Positions 22,301-35,500 of a DNA stretch of 41,893 bases are shown here, piece by piece (the first letter of the stretch is position 1; the number at the start of each line of letters is the position of its first letter). The notes beneath the pieces were generated by a model. It had not been told where the DNA came from and searched no databases. It saw only the letters and a program-made list of their open reading frames with translations. The DNA comes from Catajapyx aquilonaris. Lineage: Eukaryota. The stretch lies in contig KZ538891.1 of the NCBI GenBank assembly GCA_000934665.2, forward strand, positions 1 to 41,893, in the 5' to 3' direction. A program made the position numbers and the translations under genes.

Positions 22301-24298
22301 ACTCTAGATGAGGCATACCCGTATATGCACAGTGGTGAAATGACCACCTCCACATTACAAACGGTGGTGGAGGAAGACGTTGTGACAACCAAAGAGAAGC
22401 AACAATCAAGATAAATGATTGTGGTCCTGGTTGTTGCAAAAACACAAAAGGAACAATTTAAACTGCTGGTTTCTGGGGTAAGTAATCGATAACTTCTTCC
22501 CGTTCTCCCTCTAGTGCTATGGACTTGGTCAATGTACACCCTGCATACTGACCCATTCCGATGCTCAAATTTGCGATATTATTAAAGGCAACATTCCTCG
22601 ATGCTTATTATAATAAATGTCGTTCGAGTGACGTTACCATTGGTCGAGGAGAAAGGAATAGTTGTTGCATTTGAGATTATTTTCCAACAGTATGAATAAC
22701 AAGATATGCTGTCGCAACATTTTGCAGCCTTTTCCAGAGTATACGTACGACCTCGGTGTCCGGTATGCACTAATTGCCATTGGCGATTTTATGACCATCT
22801 GCACCAAGCCGATTCCTCCACACTCCCGGCCAGAGTGCGCCCAAATTGGTCCATTTTTTCCCCGTAAATTATTTTCCGAGGTTGCGAAATGTGGCTGCGG
22901 GACACTCATTGGCGACACGGTGTATTATTCAACGCCCGTCGATTTGACTTCACTTGACTCTTCGATAGTGGGTCACCAATGAAAGGCGTGGCTTTGTAGG
23001 GTGGATAGGGGGACGATTGGGGCCAGTCGTGCCAGATTACTTGCACTGTGGGAAAGGCGGCTGGTTTAGGTGATAAATAATAATTAACCGAGTGGTTTGC
23101 AAGTGACCAGTAACCAACCCATACCATGGAGGATTCGCTATTCGCGTGACTGGAGTACAGTTTGTCGCATTAAAGCGAGGGGCAGGGCTAATGAGTAATG
23201 ATACTGATTCACCTAAGGTGCTGTCACAGCATGATGGGGCAACGAGACGAATTGTAACAATGCGGTATTGTTATTGCAGACTTTGAATTGTTTGGAGGCT
23301 CTGGGATCGGTGCATCTGGGCCCCGGTCTGAAAGGTCAATATTATGACGTGCAGAGGGACTTGTCGAAACTGAGTGTGGAGCTGGAAAGCAGAACTCTGG
23401 CGCAATTTCATGTAGTACGCCGATAGTACGCGATTCAGCGAAAAAACATTCGCTTCACTAGAAAACTAGGAAAAACTTGACCTTTTTGTATAAGGAATGT
23501 ACCACTTGCGTGATGATACCATTGTAATTTAACCACCCGAGCATAATGGCATGTAATCAAATGTGGTAATGACTAAATATTTCGTCGCATGAGGGTGGGG
23601 ACAGGCGTATGTCTCCGACGACTGCGACATCTGTGTCACAGCATGAGACGTAAATGTGCGTACATCACCGGGAGGTTGCCGTTAGGCGCAAGAAGAAATT
23701 AGTGTCACGCGGTTGATTTTTTTTCGCTCCTTCATCTACCGTCAAGAGTTGAAGACACTGCCTTGGAGTTGTGCCAAGTCTGAAGAAGAATAGGTTTCTT
23801 GGGAATATGGTTATGGCGAGAATTCCAAGCCGGAACGTCTGTCGCTTCCACGTTATTTTATGGCTCAAGAACCTTACTCAGCGTGTACGTTTAAAATAAT
23901 GGTCTCTTTGTCATAATGCGAGGGACCTGATTTCATTCTGCCTGTTGAAGGTTGATGATATTAACTTACAAGTTCAAAAAAGTCAATCTATGCCGAGTTT
24001 TTAAATTTTTGGGTTGTTTTCAGAAATGGAAGTATTCTCAATTTCTCTGGAATAATTTCAGATTGCCACTACTGCACGTTACTTCTTTTACCCGATTTGA
24101 GTAGTACAGCAGGGGTCTCTTGATGAATGAAAAATTTGAAACTGTTGATATCTTATCAGAAAGAGGCTATTTGACGTGGGCTCTTTAAGCCTCGAAACTT
24201 TAAATCTAGTGAAATACACGTATTAAATCCGCGGAGTATATGCAAAAAAAATGCAAAAAAATATTAATTAGTGGTGGTTCATACCCTGAGACCTCTCC

Positions 24299-24299
<1 letters not shown>

Positions 24300-24354
<55 letters not shown>

Positions 24355-24360
24355 CATTAT
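24300..24360. repeat. (TTA)n microsatellite
   Basis: Direct reading; source of the poly-Leu in ORF 24240..24440. Confidence 0.98.
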
Positions 24361-24948
24361 TCCTGGTTTGGTTTTGGGTCATTCCATGTCAGTACATCCA
24401 GCCATGTCACCCACCATCTCAGATTTTCTTGAAATTTTAACTGGGCAAACTGTGTACTGAGAAACTAATATCCTGAAAATTTTAGCCTCCTAGCTCTTAT
24501 AGTTCTTGAGCTGTGGCCAGGGAAATGAGGGTGAAAATGGCTACGGCAGAGTTGTGAAGGCACGACTTGTTTTTCAAAATATTTTATTGTGTGTTAACTA
24601 ATTGGTGTAGAAAGTTGAAAATATTTGTACTTATGCACAGAAACCTTCCGATTCCAAAAATGCCGTCAGATGTGTCCTGAGATCATATCTTCACACATTA
24701 ATCAATAACATTTGTTGGCATGACCTTGAAACTTTCACAGCTCATTCCCAAAATGTGTATCCTCAAATTTTAATGAAATTGCACCAAAAGGAAGGTCTCG
24801 AAGTCTACTTTCAGGAGGTGTAAAAATTTGTCTGTGTATTTTGGTTTTTCACCTTGATAAATGGTACATTAACACAAAGTGTCAATCAACAGGACTGTTC
24901 TATTGACACACGCCTTCAGATTGCTATGAAATTTTCCAGGTAGGTATA

Positions 24949-25163
24949 AGGTGAAGTGGGGTAAGTGCATACACGGGGTAAGTGCATATATTGTGCCGCC
25001 ATATTGGAATGAAAATGGCTGACGACACTAAAACACAGGGTATGTTATGTGCAGCTACACAAAAGAGTGCCTGACGCGTTTTGGTGTCGTCAGCCATTTT
25101 CATTCCAATATGGCGGCACAATATATGCACTTACCCCGTTTATGCACTTACCCCACTTCACCT
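24949..25163. mobile_element. Hairpin MITE with TA TSD (Tc1/mariner/pogo-type) nested in the Sola2-like element
   Basis: TA|AGGTGAAGTGGGGTAAGTGCATA...TATGCACTTACCCCACTTCACCT|TA; ~85-bp arms with duplicated GGGGTAAGTGCATA. Confidence 0.9.
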
Positions 25164-25220
25164 TAATTATTTTTGTAAAGACACAACACCATAGCAAAAC
25201 TTATTTCAACTTACATGTTA

Positions 25221-25540
25221 GGGGTCGTCCATATACCACGTGACCGTTTTGGGGGGAGGGGGGGGGGGTCTGCTGATATACCACGGTTGGTCACGGGGGG
25301 GAGGGGAGGGGGGTGGGGGTCGGGGAAAATTCACGTAGTATCTCTGAACACCGTGAATTGGCACATAAGGGAGCTTTTGCAGATGCACATGGGTTCAAAA
25401 TAACCTAATATTCGAAATCAGCGACCCCGAAAACATGAGGAGACATGTTTTTTTCGTGATTAAACAGTTTAGGTGAGGAGCTATCAATTTCGATCGCGTT
25501 TTTTCTGATAACATTGACATTTTTAAAAAACCACGACCCC
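25221..25540. mobile_element. PIF/Harbinger-type MITE nested in the Sola2-like element
   Basis: TTA|GGGGTCGT ... ACGACCCC|TTA: 3-bp TTA TSD, short TIR, G-tracts near the left end. Confidence 0.75.
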
Positions 25541-25855
25541 TTATAAGTCACTTTTCTTTTTCGTGAAACTACACCAAGCAGCTTCAATTTCCTTGCACGA
25601 CACCCGTGACAGTTGGTATTGCCTTCCAGTTGCAGTAGTAGGCATTCCTACCACACATAGCACATGTTGCACTGGAACCCAGCACTTATCATCAGGATTT
25701 GGCCAATAGTAGGATCTTGCTGGGCCATGTGGATGCATAAATTTCACATATACGTCACCATCAAAGTCATGTTTTCCCATTTCATCCACAACCCCAAGAT
25801 ACCAAATGGTGATTGTAAACACATGCAACAAAAGAGTTCACTTGCAATTGTAAGA
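25541..25855 (-). pseudogene. Transposase C-terminal domain relic (Tudor/SH3-barrel-like motif), frameshifted
   Basis: LQVNSFVACVYNHH / frameshift / WYLGVVDEMGKHDFDGDVYVKFMHPHGPARSYYWPNPDDKCWVPVQHVLCVVGMPTTATGRQYQLS: protein-like, lying between the TIRs, resembling the VxVxFMHPxGP..WP..DD.CWVP tail I associate with this transposase class. Confidence 0.75.
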
Positions 25856-27576
25856 TGTGTGGTTCGTGCCTGCTCATTTTGAAGTGAAATGTTAATGAAA
25901 TGTTTAGTAATTGTGTCCTCTTTAGGCCAATGAAAGAGACTAAAATTATCATGTCCAGATACTGGAGTAATATATAGCTATCTGAAGGCGTGTGTCAATA
26001 GAACAGTCCTGTTGATTGACACTTTGTGTTAATGTACCATTATCAAGGTGAAAACCCAAAATACACAGACAAATTTTTACACCTCCTGAAAGTAGACTTC
26101 AAGACCTTCCTTTTGGTGCAATTTCATTAAAATTTGAGGATACACATTTTGGGAATGAGCTGTGAAAGTTTCAAGGTCATGCCAACAAATGTTATTGATT
26201 AATGTGTGAAGATATGATCTCAGCACACATCTGACAGCATTTTCGGAATCGGAAGGTTTTTGTGCATAAGTACAAATATTTTCAACTTTCTACACCAATT
26301 AGTTAACACACAATAAAATATTTTGAAAAACAAGTCGTGCCTTCACAACTCTGCCGTAGCCATTTTCACCCTCATTTCCCTGGCCACAGCTCAAGAACTA
26401 TAAGAGCTAGGAGGCTAAAATTTTCAGGATATTAGTTTCTCAGTACACAGTTTGCCCAGTTAAAATTTCAAGAAAATCTGAGATGGTGGGTGACATGGCT
26501 GGATGTACTGACATGGAATGACCCTTTTCTTTAGTTTCAAAAAATAGCATATATAAACGTGAAAGGGCTTGAGGTGCTCAATACAGTTCTTGGAGTAACT
26601 CGTGGCATGATAGAGTGTTACGGATATGGACCACCTGATGGACAGTAATTTAGGCCAAGCCTCGATGAGTTGATTGATGATGTGCCCCGTCAATGTTCAA
26701 CGTTCGTATTTTGTATTATTAATTATTCGAGGAAAGTTTATTTACGCTGAGTGTGCTAAAACATAAGCTGGAACCAAACCATTTTACTCTCACAGTATTA
26801 TACAGTATGATTACGCAGGTCGGTTATGGTCGCTTTTACAGTTTTGTACATCTACAGTACAATGCATGCCGCCGCAAACGATGGTGTGGAAGACAAGAAG
26901 TGATGTGTATTAAAAATTGTTGAGGCTGCGAGAATTAACATATAGCTATTTATATTTTGCTTGAATTTGCTAAAAAATAAGCAGCTCATAGCCGCATGCA
27001 GACCTATGTTTCTTGAAGCCTTAGGCTGACAGTATACCGTATCGCCTGATTCGGTAGATAATTTATAAAAAAATTGAAGCTAAATCCTATTCACGCCGCG
27101 TTCCTATACTATTCACCTGGATTGACCACATATTTCATGACAGCCTGAGATGAGGTCAGACTTTTGGGCGACGCAGTTTGAATGCATGTTCGCAAATGAA
27201 ACGGTGCAACCCTCCGCCGAATGGAGATCGGCTATATATTCATGACATTTTTAGCAGGGCACATTTCAGTGTAATCATGTGGGCGGATAGTGAAACATTG
27301 GGGAGCGGGAATGTAACGCAAGGAATTATTTATGGCATTAACGAGAATGTGTGCCCAGGAATTCCTTGCACGGAGAGCCAATGAATTATTAAATATTTTG
27401 CGGCAGTGCATTGCGCGAGACAGAGACGTAAAAAAATGCGGACTGTGTTAGCTCAGCTGAACCCTACTTTTTGGCGGAAATGAAGTATTATATTTGATTT
27501 TTTGCATGGTTTGCACCTGTACTGTGTTCATGATAAATGAGGGAATGGCTATATATGTGGGTTTTTTTAAAGCCTG

Positions 27577-27752
27577 ACTACATTGAAAATCTCAATAGCA
27601 TCACTAGTGAGTCTCCCATGGAGCATCAATCTTTAATGCTCTTTTGATAAAAAGCATCAGAAGGGAATTACAAGAGCATTACAAATTGATGATTCGCGGG
27701 AGACTGACTATATAGTGATGTTCTTTTAATGGTTTGAGGTTTACAGTGTAGT
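27577..27752. mobile_element. Old imperfect hairpin, probable decayed MITE
   Basis: CATCACTA..AGTCTCCC..CATCAAT..TAATGCTCTT versus AAGAGCATTA..ATTGATG..GGGAGACT..TAGTGATG; ACTACATTG / CAGTGTAGT ends. Confidence 0.65.
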
Positions 27753-27889
27753 AATATAAGTGGGAAAGTGGTATTGTACACAAAGGTGATTTAAATTACG
27801 TAACCAGACATTACACTTGATTTTCAAGCTGGCATCTGTAAAGGGGCAAAAGATTGGGTTTCAGTGGGTGCAATCGGTTTTTCTGAGAA

Positions 27890-28170
27890 GTGCAAGCATT
27901 GTCGTGCGTCATTCTCAAACAGTTCAAGTGGAACATCGCTGAGGATTTTCCAAGCAATCCATACCATGGTCCAGACCTTCAGCCAACTGACCTTCACTCT
28001 GCCACGTACAGGCAGAATATAGGCAGGCGAGAATATAGGGCGTGTCCAAGAGGCAAAAGAATAGGTTTGGCAACGAGAGTGCTCGACGCAGGCCCACCAA
28101 ATCTTCTGCCATGGATCTGAAATTGCTTTCATCGGCATGGTGTTTGTATTCGGTGATAGCCAAAGATCTG
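27890..28170 (+). pseudogene. Highly degraded mariner transposase C-terminal relic
   Basis: ORF 27890..28120 contains LKQFKWNIAEDFPSNPYHGPDLQPTDLH, resembling L..FKWE...HPPYSPDLAPSDYH. Confidence 0.6.
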
Positions 28171-28954
28171 TTCCATCACGTGGCTGTGTTGAATTTTTGT
28201 CAACAACAACAAAAAAACTTACGGTAACGCACATGATTATGAAAAGGTACCCACTGAAAAATATTAACGAACGTTACTTTACCAATTCTGTTTAAAAAAA
28301 TGGGTGCGTTGAGAACCTGACTATTCCAATCATTCATGCATAACTTGTCAAACGATATTTGAGCTGTACCGAACATTGGTTATTGAATTTCCGCCCACTT
28401 TTTTTTTTCGGACGGGCAAATGTAATTTCGCAACTTTTAGACTGTGCAGCCGTTTTGAAGCAGGTTGTATTGAAAAGTCAGTGGCACTACAAAAGTTCTT
28501 GACGTGCCGGAGCAGTCTGATGTATGCAGGGGATATCGTACTTGGGAAATGGATATAAATAGTCATAATAAACCTCTCCAGCGATCCTCCGGCAAAAGCA
28601 TGCAGTCATCTGTGCCTTTTGATACAGTATAACCGACTGTGTTTCCAAGCACTCAGGAGGATTAACGAGGCCAACTAGGCCATTTGTTTCCAACTTGGTT
28701 GGGGAAATGAATTCGGAACTAGAATTTGAAGAGGAATAGCGCTGTCGAAACAAGCCCTTCCTACCCTCCCCCGCCTTCTCCTCCCAACTCCCCCGCATTC
28801 CCAGGTAACAAAAGGAGGCCAAATCTGCCAATCGATGCCGGAATTCCACAGCAGTTTGGACAGCAAGTCATTGGACCGAAAGATGTGTCCCAACCCACCC
28901 ACCCACTCCCGCAATCCCACAACTGGCAGAATTTCCACTCGGACATATAATTCG

Positions 28955-29050
28955 GGAAGGGGACCGGGGAGGGGGAGGGCGGGGGAGGGTTTGCAAGTGG
29001 CGCCTCGTGACGAGGGGGTGGGGTTTCCATGGTGACCCTGGTGGTTGCTG
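28955..29050. promoter_or_regulatory. Candidate regulatory element (GC boxes/G4-forming tract plus RFX X-box-like site)
   Basis: GGGGAGGGGGAGGGCGGGGGAGGG (~28966-28989) and GTTTCCATGGTGAC (29023-29036), close to the X-box consensus GTTNCCATGGNAAC. Confidence 0.3.
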
Positions 29051-32000
29051 CCGCCGATGATACCACAACAGTTGTGGACTACCGATGCCTCAGTCTCAGA
29101 ACACCTTCAAATGAAACCGAGGCACACGAGCCATACTTGATGACACTTTTGACTTTGTTTTTTGAAATAATAAGCATGGAGGGAATAAACCTGTTACATG
29201 TTTGCCGAAATAGTGTGGCTATTTATAGGCGCGGTCATTTGCCGCATTGTGTGCATTATTTATTGGGCTATATTTGGACTGCACAACTCCTTGCTAGTGG
29301 GAAGAAGCTATAATATGTTGAGAGCGGTACATTGTCGCTGCCTGTTACGTTCAAGATCAAGCCAATAAAAAATAAAGCATGTGCCCAGTGTTACAATCGG
29401 CATATTCATAGCCGGTGACGGAAAACTTTTTTTGATAATGATTTTTAGGCGGCGAGAAAATTACAGTATGCCACATTGGCACATTTAATGTGTATTACAT
29501 TATTATACATTATTATTCGCCGGTGGGTATGCAGAAATCCACTAAGTCCAGGAAAAGGGTTTCGAGATTATTCATGAATCATTATACTTATACTGTACAA
29601 ACATTTATTAATTTCCATTAAATTTATTAATATAGTTCCTGGAATGATATGTCAATAGCTAGTAAAACTCTTCTTGAGTCCAATCATGGTAGCTGGAAGT
29701 ACTCTTTTTTTTACATACGAAAAGTACTACAGCACTATATTATGGCAATAATAAGTTTTTTAGCTACCTCAAAAATTTATCCGCTTTGCGCAATACGTCG
29801 ATTCTGATTAAGTTGACTCTAAATTTAAGTGCATCCACTTTCCTCCAAACCAACGCCATAATATACAGTTACGGAGAATAACATTCCAAGTTTCAGGAAC
29901 TCGAGTTACATTTGCACTGTATGATCGAGTTACAGAGGCCGGCCGTTTGAAGTTGCGAAAGTAATTTATTATATTCTGAGCTGTCTCTCATATGATTTGA
30001 AATTACAATGGGTTAGAAGTTGCCTGTTGCGGTACGTACACGTGTCAAGGCCATTATATGTGCTACACGTATAAGGGAAGTGAACTGAAAAGGTGCTTAG
30101 TACGAATAATGCGTGTTAGTGCAGAGCGGAGCTCCTGCAGCAGGCTGTATACTGTTGCGTCAGATTACGTGCAAGCCGGGCCATGCAGCTGTGTAAACAA
30201 AATTCCGGGCATGCAGCCGCTAGTATTGTGTGTTTCGTGATTTAATTATTATGCTACTTAACATTGGAAGCCCGCTCATGATATTAACCGACCTCTACTC
30301 CATTGAATAACCTGGTGGAGGATTTTTAATTATTATTATTATAGGCGTGGAATATACTGTAATCCCTATACCTCGTCTCCACCAGCCTGGAAACAGCTTA
30401 ACTCAGAATGCAAGATTTACCGGTGCAGCTTATTATAAGCAACTATCAAAGTCCATTTATTATCATTCAGGTTATGGTTTATTAAAGACTGGGGTTTAAA
30501 AGATCTCGTAAGAGGGCAGCACTGGCCTTTGGCGGGATCCAGAAGGCGGTCAGTTTGCACGGAACCGACCTACTGATTAGCCTAGTTTTGGAAGTTGGTT
30601 GCTGATGTTTGGCTCCTGCTTAGCTAATGCGAATTGCCGAAAATCATCAGGGCTGTCACTACCTTATATCCACGCAACAAAACGTTTACTCGCACCATAA
30701 AAACATACCCTGTTAATTACCTGCAGGTTTGATTTCTCAATCTGCGAATCCCTAGAAGAAATAAATAAATCCAGTCCTCCACAATAAAACAGCCACGTGT
30801 GCAATTCCGTAGATAAACACCGGCGGGGGGGGGGGGGGGGGGGGNGCCTGATATATGTCCTAAAAGCGGTCTTTTGTACAATCCAAGTGCAAATAAGGCC
30901 CGCGAGCTCTTTACACGACGGGAACAAAAATGCGTCGTCGGAGCCCATGCGGTTCATATTTCAAACGAAGCATCCATTTGGGCCAGCGCTTCATCCATGG
31001 GTCCGGCCGTCCGGTATGTGCGTCAGCAGTTGCGCCACCGTATAAATGCCGCGTGACGCAAATAGCAACCGGAGACCACTCTCCATTCACTATTTTTTCT
31101 CTCTATTTTCTGTGAGGAAAAGCGAGGGCTAATGGGGCTGGGATTTGATATATAAAAAGGTACTGTACGCTTTGCATACAGCCTGGACGAATTATCGCAA
31201 AATCCCAATTATAAAAGAGACGTGCTCGATTGGGCTCCCGAAATACGGGTCCACACTTTTTGCGAAGAGGAACAGCGTCCCGGAGGATTTATTCGATCCT
31301 AGCCTGGGTTTTTAGGCTGCATAATGCGGGCGTTCACCTGGCGGTAAGCTGAGAACATGCCAACAGCAAAAGGTAATATCCGTTCAGGATAGTTTCATTT
31401 CTGATGGTGAATTATTAACAGGTAGTCAAGTGGATAAATTGCCATGGAACTGATTGATTGGCCGTACCCCCCTACGAAGTTGCGTCAAATAGATGCTGAC
31501 ATCGATTCTTCACGTGAGGCCAGCTCTTACATTATTGATGCCTCGGAACACACAGTTCGGGGACATGCTCTTTTTTTTAAAGATTCCTTGGACTGCCCTG
31601 CTATAGTAGCATCGGATCCACTTGTCAACGTCATCTGAAAATGCGATTTTCACCCCCATCTCACAAGTTGGGGAGATCAGTAAGGCCACTTAAACGCCCA
31701 CGTTCTAAATGCAGGGAAGATGGGCTTGAACTTTGGGAGACATGGCATGCCTTTCCGATCGTTTGATGCAGGCGTCGCGTCGCATCGAATTGGGCCAAAA
31801 AATTCTGGGTGGTGTGACGTCGCGTATAGTTTGTTCGGTATGGTAATGCGATCAGGGGAGTGAGTGGAAGTGCAGAGCAGGATTTTATATGGCGTAAGAC
31901 TGATTCGAGATCTGGTCGTACCTTTTCTTCCTAGATTGCTGCTTTTTTTGGCGGTTCAAGGTAATTACCCTCAAACCGGGTTTTGTCTGGCGACTGGCAT

Positions 32001-32160
32001 AATAATTAATCAGGACGAATCCAGATTAATTTGCTTTCGAATCCTGCCCTTGAATCGAGCGTTATTCAAACGGTTTATATAGGCAAAAACGACAAAGTGC
32101 ACGAGTGTCGCACCCGAATTCGTACTCTGACGGGATTTGGGCGCCTATATTATACATGGG

Positions 32161-32504
32161 AGGGAGGCGAAGTGGCGCTGCGGTAACGTATGCGCCCACG
32201 GATGTTAAGGTCCCGGGATCAAATCCCGCCCGGGGTTCCCCCCTTCATCTCGTGCAGAGTTTGTTAGAGGTCGTCTCTGGCTGCGCCTCGGGTGGTATCT
32301 CTGTTAGACAAACCACCCGGGGGAGTTCACAAAATGACCTCAGCACCGACATTGTATTGCACCTTTCACATCCCCTCCTGTCAACCTGCCCGTGGGCCCG
32401 GGCGCTTTAAATACTGTGGTTCCGCTGTACTTGTACAATATCAACCATACAAAATAAAGGTCCGTGCGAGAAACCCCGAGAAGGGTAAAGCACTACCCAA
32501 CGAT
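32161..32504 (+). mobile_element. Full-length tRNA-derived SINE with 15-bp TSD
   Basis: Colinear with the 4584 copy; A-box-like TGGCGCTGCGG, B-box-like GGATCAAATCC; TSD TATATTATACATGGG (32146-32160) / TATATTGTACATGGG (32505-32519). Confidence 0.92.
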
Positions 32505-35500
32505 TATATTGTACATGGGCGATGTGTTACGGACACAAGGCCAGATTATTCGGAGGCCCTCGAGCTGGCTTTTGCTTCTTTGAAGCTGGCGGAACGGATG
32601 TGACGTCACGACACTTTGACGACGCCGTACGTTTTAACTATACGCAACGGCGCCAAAAACGAATTGCACATCCCTATATTAGTTTTAGGAGTACTGTCAA
32701 TCTACCTGACGATTGCCCGCGAGTTTCCCTTCCAGTCACCCTGTATAGACGATCAGTTCAAGGTGACGGCATTAATCGTGTGGGTCATGCTCTTTTTTCT
32801 GGGATCAGAAATTAATGAAGGTAGCTTGCAAGAAAATAAGAATAATAAAGAAGTCTTCACCATTGCACTGCCTCCAATTTGGAAACTTGTGCTTGCGTCA
32901 TTAAAATACAGATGTATAGGGAGAATATAGGAGTTGACTTATGGGGAACGAACGACATCCTCTCCTTCATCCGACCGAGCATTTGTATTCAATAACAAGT
33001 TTGTAATTAGGTATCGGGCTTTTCTTATTCCCTTGCGTTTTCTTCTTTTGTAAGAGAAGAAGCTGGCGGGGGGGGGGGGGGGNGGGAGGATCTGCTGTAA
33101 TATGGCTTTTAGAACCGGGCGCAGAGCACAATACGCCCACATGAAAGAGCCTTCGCTCAGATTTGCCCTCCATTTTTTATTCATAATTCGCATTCCGTAA
33201 ACGAATTTCAGAGCTCTCCAAACCGCGGACCAAGCTAGGTTTTTTTAAAGCAAAGAACGGACTGTAATATAAGAAGTGCCTGTACAATAATTCTTCTGGA
33301 GAATCCGTCTCTCCAAAACGTGACATTTCTCTTCGGCGCCTATTTTTCAAAGACTCGACAGCTAAGTTATACAGGCTATGATGCGCTCTTCTTCCAAAGA
33401 CTGAAGAGACGGGTTTTATCGGGAATGACAAGATTTTTGATATTTACATTTTAAAAACCAACGTGCTTTTTTCTTACATGGCCAACTGGGTCCTGATCGA
33501 TAGGTGCAATCTATTGAAGGGGTGTTAATCTGGGAATCTACCAGCAGCCCCACCCATTGTTGTGACGCAGTTGCATTGATTCATCGTTCTGGACGGGGAA
33601 AACTAGTTCTCTGATGAAAAATGTAAATCAGGGCGTTATTAGACGGATCCTCCATTTCCATCTCCCGGAAGGTAAACAGCGTATCATAAATAATGGAGGG
33701 GAAAGGATATCTGTAATTATGAAGTCACGTCTCGGAGAGAGACCAAAGTTGGAAGGCTAGCAGAGGATATGAAAAATAAATGCCGAGCAAACTCTCATAT
33801 ACCCCCAACACTCTAGAAAGGCAAGGCCGTCTTCTTTTGAGAGTTAGGATTTACGGTTCTATTCCTAAAGAAATGTACAAGTTTCTAAGGCAAGTCTGGG
33901 TGACAGGCTACGAATTTTGCACAGTCGTGTAATCCGCATGGGAAATGACGCCACTTTTTTGTGGTATATAGAAAGGGGTCTAACACCTTTACTTCGAGTT
34001 TTTTTTTGTTTCTTCCGCAACTGTCAAAAATTGTGTTGTGTTTGACTGCCGCCAGCTTGAGCTTTCAAGAAGCGACACCAGCCGTCCGGTTACGCTCTGG
34101 AAATTGAGACATTTTGTTATCGATTTTTAAAGCAATCCTTTCGTTTCTAGGTTAAGCGTTTGGTGTTTAGGCTCCAACCACATATTCATATATAAAAGGC
34201 AGATTTTTTTATTTTAAAAAATTATGACTGGAATATATCACGTTTATTTATGCAATTATTCTCATTTTTGGTTGACATTGTGTGGTTATCTTTCGTGGTC
34301 ATTTCTACTAATATTATTTTTCGATATTTTATCCCCCATTCACACAGCCGGGTAACTGCTTGGACTGACTACTGTGCATTTTGTCATCGTGGTGTTTGCA
34401 AACTTTGTAGATATGTGTCCCAACTTGTGGACTATTTGCACACTGTTAAGGATTCTCCAACCGTATACAGCCCGTTGTAAATAGTGATTGCATCATCCCC
34501 GCTCCACTCTTGCTCCTGAAACGTCTCCTTTAATGACGTATTGCGCTACGAAGAAGAGGCATTTCGGAGTCGTGACCAAGTTCTGGAGGTAATTGAGTCT
34601 AAGTATCTCACTCCTTATCTAGAGGACTAAGAGCCCCCCGAAAGACATTGACTCCATTTCTTGCATTCTCTTACCATTCGAAGTGTTTCGTCGGGGGAAG
34701 GTATAAATGTGGTCGTGTGTAGTATCCTTGCTTGCTTTCGTGGTCGTGACAACCACGGGCCGTACTTTGTGTGCATGTTCACACTAGCTATTTTTTGGGG
34801 GGAGGTTTGGCGGCAGTAGGGGGGTTACACAGAACTGTGCAAGTCAGCAGCGATACACTTTTACCTACATGATTGCTCTGCGGGACCGTAGTTTATTACC
34901 ATTGCTGCATGTCTACCGAAGTGAGTAGGCAAAAAGGGTTTCGTTGTGCTGCAAGCTGTGCGTTTTAGCGGAGGCTGATTGCGCTTTCGGTCAGTCGACT
35001 CTTTGTGTTGTAAAGGTGACTGTAATCATGCAGTAGGTTGGGTTATCAAGAGGATTTTTCTGAACCGGAATACTGACAGAATCAGACCACTATTTGGCAT
35101 TATTCTGTCTAAAAAGCAGTAAATAAACGAGGAAAACCTGTGCATATAATTATCGTCACACAGGTCTACGCCAGAAAATAATAATAATACAGATGTAAGT
35201 AAGCGGTAAATGCATTGAAAGTAGTGACAGACATGCGGGCCTACTCAAAGGGCAATAATAAAAATTCATAGCTCCAGAGTGTTTGTAGTACTAAACTTGG
35301 GCCGAGTCTTTTATGGCCGCGTACACTCCCCTGGATATTCTTCTGATAAACAGCCCGCACTGCAACCGGAAGGCCCCCATTTCATGCGATTGTGCTGCTG
35401 CTATATGTTGCATTGTGATTTTTGCAAATTCCGCTCTGGAGAACTCGCGAAACTTTTACCTCTCTGGCGCAATTTCTATTCATGAGGATAGGGCTGAAAA

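Larger units (their letters stand above)
24376..26524 (-). mobile_element. Young long-TIR DNA transposon deletion derivative, Sola2-like
   Basis: TTTT|GGGTCATTCC ... GGAATGACCC|TTTT (4-bp TSD, GGG terminus); near-identical ~550-bp TIRs (24376-~24926 and ~25975-26524); internal coding relic. Long TIRs, GRG termini and 4-bp TSD are the described Sola2 features. Confidence 0.9.

Noticed and set aside
22308..22477. AG...GGG|GTAAGT exon-like segment
   Set aside because: Stop codons in all three frames.
28376..28558. Second mariner C-terminal relic (FEAGCIEKSV...AGDIV)
   Set aside because: Similarity too weak to support without an alignment.
30825..30846. Poly-G tracts with single N (also 33068-33086) as G-quadruplex elements
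   Set aside because: Homopolymer length is unreliable at these assembly breaks.
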